Of a stretch of 64,000 nt of DNA, positions 58,901 to 64,000 are shown in pieces. The stretch comes from Eledone cirrhosa (Eukaryota). The notes under the pieces were generated by a model, which worked only from the letters and a program-made list of their open reading frames with translations, did no database searches and had not been told where the DNA came from. The position numbers and the translations under genes are program-made. The stretch lies in the NCBI GenBank assembly GCA_964016885.1, contig OZ024757.1:3596001-3660000 (forward strand), written 5' to 3'. Position 1 is the first letter of the stretch. Each line of letters starts with the position of its first letter.

Positions 58901-61900
58901 TGATGTAGTGTAGTGTAATGTGGTGTGATATAGTGTATTGTAGTGTTGAGTAGTGTGGTGTGGTGTAGTGTGGTGTAGTGTGGTGTAGTGTCGTGTAGTG
59001 TAGTGTAGTGTAGTGTAGTGAAGTGTAGTGTAGTGTAATGTAGTGTGGTGTAGTATGGTGTAGTGTGGTGTAGTGTGCTGTAGTGTAGTGTAATGTGGTG
59101 TAGTGTAGTGTGGTTTAGTATTGTGTTGTGTGGTGTAGTGTGGTGTAGTGTGGTGTTGTGTGGTGTTATGTAGCGTGGTGTAGTGTGGTGTAATGTGGTG
59201 TAGTGTGGTACAGTGTAGTGTAGTGTTGTGTAGTGTATTGTAGTGTAGTGTAGCGTAGTATGGTGTAGTGTGGTGTAGTGTAGTGTGGTGTAATTTGGTG
59301 TAATGTAGTGTAGTGTTGTTTAGTGTGGTGTAGATTAGTGTGGTGTAGTGTGGTGTCCTGTAGTGTGGTTTAGTGTAGTGTGGTGTAGTGTGCTGTAGTG
59401 TGGTTTAGTGTGGAGTAATGTGGTGTAGTGTGATATAGTGTAGTGTGGTGTAGTGTAGTGTGTTGTGGTGTAGTGTAGTGTAGTGTAGTGTGGTGTAGTG
59501 TAGTGTAGTGTGGTGTAGTGTAGTGTGCTGTAGTGTAGTGTGTTAAGGTGTAATGTGGTGTAGTGTGGTGTAGTGTAGTGTAGTGTTGTGTATTGTATTG
59601 TAGTGTAGTGTAGCGTAGTATGGTGTAGTTTGGTGTAGTGTAGTGTGGTGTAATTTGGTGTAATGTAGTGTAGTGTTGTTTAGTGTGGTGTAGATTAGTG
59701 TGGTGTAGTGTGGTGTCCTGTAGTGTGGTTTAGTGTAGTGTGGTGTAGTGTGCTGTAGTGTGGTTTAGTGTGGAGTAACGTGGTGTAGTGTGATATAGTG
59801 TAGTGTGGTGTAGTGTAGTGTGTTGTGGTGTAGTGTAGTGTAGTGTAGTGTGGTGTAGTGTAGTGTAGTGTGGTGTAGTGTAGTGTGCTGTAGTGTAGTG
59901 TGTTAAGGTGTAGTGTGGTGTAGTGTAGTGTAGTGTAGTGTGGTGTAGTGTAGTGTAGTGTGGTGTAGTGTGCTATAGTGTAGTGTAGTGTAGTGTAGTG
60001 TAGTATAGTGTGGTGCAGTGTAGTGTGGAGTAGTGTGGTTTAGTGTGGTGTGATGTATTGTAGTGTAGTGTAGTGTGGTGTGATGTAATGTAGTGTAGTG
60101 TTGAGTAGTGTGGTGTAGTGTGGTGTGGTGTATTGTGGTGTAGTGTTGTATAGTATAGTGTGGTCTACTGTGGTGTAGTGTAGTGTGCAGTAGTGTAGTG
60201 TAATGCAGAGTCCTGTAGTATTGTGTAGTGTGGTGTAGTGTAGTGTAGTGTAGTGTGGTGTAGTGTGGTGTTGTATAGTTTAGTGTGGTGTAGTGTAGTG
60301 TGGTGTAGTGTGGTGTAGTGCAGTATAGCGTGGTGTAGTGTAGTGTGGAGTAGTGTGGTTTAGTGTGGTGTGATGTAGTGTAATGTAGTGTAGTGTAGTG
60401 TGGTGTGGTGTGATGTAGTGTAGTGTTGAGTAGTGTGGTGTAGTGTGGTGTGAGTATAGTTTAGTGTAATGTAATGTGGTGTAGTGCAGTGTGGTGTAGT
60501 ATAGTGTAGTGTGGTGTAGTGTGGTGTAGTGTGGTGTAGTGTGGTGTAGTGTGCTGTAGTGTAGTGTAGTGTAGTGTAGTGTAGTGTAGTGTAGGGTAGT
60601 GTAGTGTAGTGTAGTGTAGTGTAGTGTAGTGTAATGTGGTGTAGTGTGGTGTTGTATTGTGTAGTGGAGTCGAGTGTAGTGTGGTGTGTTGTAGTTTGGT
60701 GTAGTGCAGTTTAGTGTGGTGTAGTGTGGTCGCTGTAGTGTAGTGTGGTGTAGTGTGGTGTAGTGTAGTGTAGTGTGGTGGTCGGTGTAGTGTAGTGTGG
60801 TGTTGTGTAGTGTGGTGTAGTGTAGTGTAGTGTAGTGTAGTGTGGTCCAATGTAGTGTAGTGTGGTGTAGTTTAGTGTAGTGTAGTGTAGTGTAGTGTAG
60901 TGTAGTGTAGTGTAGTGTAGTGTATTATGGGCTAGTGTAGTTAGTGTGGTGTAGTGTAGTGGGGTGCAATGTAGTGTACTGTGGTGTGGTGTAGCGTAGT
61001 GTAATTTGGTGTAGTGTAGTTTGGTGTGGTGTAGTGTAGTATGGTGTAGTGTGGTTTAGTGTGGTGTAGTGTAGAGTGGTGTAGTGTGGTGTAGTGTAGT
61101 GTAGTGTGGTTTGGTTTGGTGTAGTGTAGTGTGGTGTAGTGTGTAGTATGGCGTAGTGTAGTGTAGCGTGGTGTAGCGTGGTGTAGTGTAGTGTAGTGTG
61201 GCGTAGTGTGGTGTAGTGTAGAGTGGTGTAGTGTGGGGTGGTGTAGTGTGGTTTGGTTTGGTGTAGTGTAGTATAGTGTAGTGTAGTGTGGTGTAGTGTA
61301 GTGAAGTGTGGTGCAGTTTAGTGTAGTGTGGTGTAGCGTAGTGTGGTTTGGTGTGGTGTAGTGTAATATGGTGTAGTGTAGTATAGTGTGGTGTAGTGTG
61401 GTGTAGGGTACTGAAGTGTGGTGTGGTGTAGTGGGGTGTAGTGTAGTGTAGTGTAGTGTAGTGTGGTGTAGTGTAGTGTGGTGTAGTGTAGTGTGGTGTG
61501 GTTTGGTGTGGTGTGGTGTAGTGTGGTTTAGTGCTGTGTAGTGTGTTTTAGTGTAGCGCAGTGTTGCGTACTATGGTGTAGTGTAGTGTAGTGTAGTGTA
61601 GTGTAGTGTAGTGTAGTGTAGTGTAGTGTAGTGTAGGGTGGTGTGGTTTAAATAGGTGTAGTGTAGTGTAGTGTGGTGTGGTGTAGCGTTGTGTAGTGTG
61701 GTGTGGTGTAGTGTGGATTAGTGTAGTGTAGTGTGTATGTGTGTGTATGTTTGGTGTGGTGTAATGTGGCGTGGTCTAGTGTAGTGTGGTGTAGTGTGGT
61801 TTAGTGTTGTCTGGTGTAGAGTAGTGTGGTGTAGTGTAGTGTAGTAAAGTGTGGTGTAGTGTAGTGTGTTGTAGTGTAGTTTGGTGTGATGTAGTGTGGT

Positions 61901-63370
61901 GTAGTGTAGTGTAGTGGAGTGTATTGTAATTATGGTGTTGTGTAGTGTAGGTAGTGTAGTGTAGTGTAGTGTGGTGTAGTGTAGTGTTGTGTGGTGTAGT
62001 GTGGTGAGGTATAGTCTGGTGTAGTGCAATGTGGTGTAGTGTACTGTGTTATGGTGTAGTTTAGTGTAGTGTAGTCTAGTGTAGTGTGGTGTAGTGTAGT
62101 GTTGTGTAGAATAGTATGGTGTAGTATAGTGTAGTGTGGTGCAGTGTAGTGTGGTGTAGCGTGGTGTAATGTAGTATGGTGTAATGTAGCGTGGTGTAGT
62201 GTGGTGTCGTGTAGTGTGGTGTACTGTAGTGTTGTGTGGTGTGGTGTAGTGTGGTGTACTGTGGTGTGGTTTAGTGTGGTTTAGTGTATTGTGATGTAGT
62301 ATAGTGTGGTGTAGCGTGGTGTAGTGTAGTGTAGTGTAGTGTAGTGTGGTGTAGTGTAGTGTGGTGTGGTGTAGTATGGTGTAATGTTGGTGTTGTGTGG
62401 TGGGGTGTGGTGTAGTTTGGTGTGGTGTAGTGTAGTGCGGTGTGGTGTAGTGTAGTGTAGTGTGGTGTCGTGTGGTGTAGCGTAGTGAAGTGTAGTGTAA
62501 TGTTGTGTAGTGTAGTGTAATGTAGTGTAGTGTGGTGTAGTGTGGTGTGGTGTAATGTAGTGTGGTGTAGTGTGGTGTAGTGTAGTGTTGTGTGGTGTAG
62601 TGTATTGTAGTGTGGTGTAGTGTGGTGTAGTGTAGTGTGGTGTAGTGCAGTGTGGTTTAGTGTGGTTTGGTGTAGAGTAGTGTGCTGTAGTGTAGTGTGG
62701 TGTAATGTATAGTGGTATGGTGTGGTGTGGTGTAGTGTGGTATAGTGTGGTGTAGTGTAGTGTACTGTGGTGTAGTGTAGTGTGGTGTATGTATGGTGTA
62801 ATGTAGTGCGGTATGGTGTGGTGAGGTGTGGTATAGTGTGGTGTAGTGTGGTGTGGTGTAGTGTAGTGTGGTATGGTGTGGTGTGATTTGGTGTGGTGTA
62901 GTTTTAGTGTGGTGTAGTATATGGTGGTATGGTGTGGTGTAGTGTGGTGTAGTGTGGTGTAGTGTAGTCTAGTGTGGTGTGGTGTAGTGTAGTTTGTTGT
63001 GGTGTAGTGTGGTGTGATGTAGTGTGGTGTAGTGTAGTGTAGTGGAGTGTATTGTAGTGTGGTGTTGTGTAGTGTGGTGTAGTGTAGTGTGGTGTAGTGT
63101 AGTGTAGTGTAGTGTAGTGTAGTGTAGTGTAGTGTAGTGTAGTGTAGTGTAGTGTAGTGTAGTGTGGTGTAGTGTAGTGTTGTTTGGTGTAGTGTGGTGT
63201 GGTCTAGTCTGGTGTAGTGTAATGTGGTGTAGTGTGGTGTAGTGTGTTGTGGTGTAGTGTGGTGTGATGTAGTGTGGTGTAGTGTGGTTTGCATCAGTGT
63301 GGTATGGTGTGGTTTAGTGTGGTGTAGTGTGGTGTAGTGTTGTGTAGTATAGTGTAGTGTAGTGTGGTGT
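13929..63370. repeat. ~49.4-kb pentamer satellite (GTAGT/GTGGT)n with higher-order duplications
   Basis: Continuous single-orientation 5-bp periodicity with variants (ATAGT, GTTGT, TTAGT, GTAAT). It explains all HYTTL/HYTTP ORFs. Confidence 0.98.
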
Positions 63371-63429
63371 ATAAATATACAATTCGTAGGCACGAAACAT
63401 GCCGGAAAATATCAATTTCCTTAAGAGCG

Positions 63430-63500
63430 ACCAACAACAGTAACAACAACACCAGCAACAACAACAGCACTAAAAAACAACAACAAAAGTAACAACAACA
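63430..63500. repeat. Degenerate (CAA)n
   Basis: Direct reading. Confidence 0.75.
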
Positions 63501-63769
63501 TTGAACGAAAGATGTTCGCAGCCGTCACGTGACTACAATGCAGGTTTCTCTGCTAATCACACATGTACCAGATATGCACTTTTTATTGCGCCTATCTGCA
63601 TAGCTGTCTGAGCACGTGGTTTTATTGATACAGACAGATCGAAGGGAGGATGAGCTCTGCGGTAACACAGTAGTATAGATTTGTATGTGGCTGTTGTTTT
63701 GGGTTGCAGGAAGAAATCCTTAACTACACAACCCTACCTACCCCTACATCTACCTATATTTGTGTGTAG

Positions 63770-63870
63770 CCCGCCGAGGTTAACTTTACCTTTCATCGTT
63801 ATGGGGTCGATAAAATAAAGTACCAGCAATGTACTGAGTATTTGCTGTCCTTGTGCCAAAAGTAGAACAA

Positions 63871-63900
<30 letters not shown>
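63770..63900 (+). mobile_element. 5'-truncated SINE, same family as 7533-7735
   Basis: CCCGCCGAGGTTAACTTT...GGGGTCGATAAAATAAAGTACCAG...CCTTGTGCCAA..GTAGAAC followed by (TTA)n. Confidence 0.85.
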
Positions 63901-63902
<2 letters not shown>

Positions 63903-63906
63903 CGTG

Positions 63907-64000
63907 GGCGGTGGATTGGCAGTATTGGTAGAGGGTCGGACGCCATGCTTTGATGTATAGAGTTACGGCCCTTGCCATTCTGAGTTCAAATCCCGCCAAG
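63907..64000 (+). mobile_element. SINE 5' tRNA-like head, runs off the window
   Basis: A box TGGCAGTATTGG (63917-63928) and B box GAGTTCAAATCC (63982-63993). It aligns with 7533-7615. Confidence 0.85.

Noticed and set aside
13929-63370. Telomere, or product of telomerase-like synthesis by the nearby Penelope RT
   Set aside because: The array is flanked by ordinary DNA on both sides and is not TTAGGG or TTAGG. I saw no convincing template in the element, and kilobase duplications point to recombination.
13797-63393. Many His/Tyr/Thr-rich ORFs up to 1394 aa (HYTTL/HYTTP)
   Set aside because: The minus strand of (GTAGT/GTGGT)n has no stop in any frame, and all three frames give the same peptide. 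There is no gene structure.
63799-63999. 66-aa ORF with poly-Asn
   Set aside because: It is the antisense reading of two SINEs and a (TTA)n tail.

Overview
Eukaryotic, gene-poor, repeat-dominated DNA. The SINE and microsatellite style suggest an animal, probably Octopus or another cephalopod (inference). No host protein-coding gene is supported. The first ~10 kb is a cluster of mobile elements, mostly set in (TA)n tracts. It holds a 5'-truncated, frameshifted Penelope-like retroelement (RT plus C-terminal GIY-YIG, Naiad-like, 3' hammerhead), an RTE-clade LINE fragment, a tRNA-derived SINE, a probable non-autonomous Helitron and a 76-bp Tc1/mariner-type MITE. It also holds about eight type-I hammerhead ribozyme (HHR) motifs, mostly in short non-coding units with the layout (TA)n - fold-back inverted repeat - HHR - tail - (TA)n. 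From 10.1 kb there are three adjacent tandem arrays: a GTCTATGGCT(GT)n minisatellite, a CAC/CAT/CGT triplet array and a ~49.4-kb GTAGT/GTGGT pentamer satellite with nested 0.36-4.3 kb duplications. Two more SINE copies end the window. Nearly all long ORFs in the track are artefacts of these repeats. All alignments and folds were done by eye, so boundaries are approximate.
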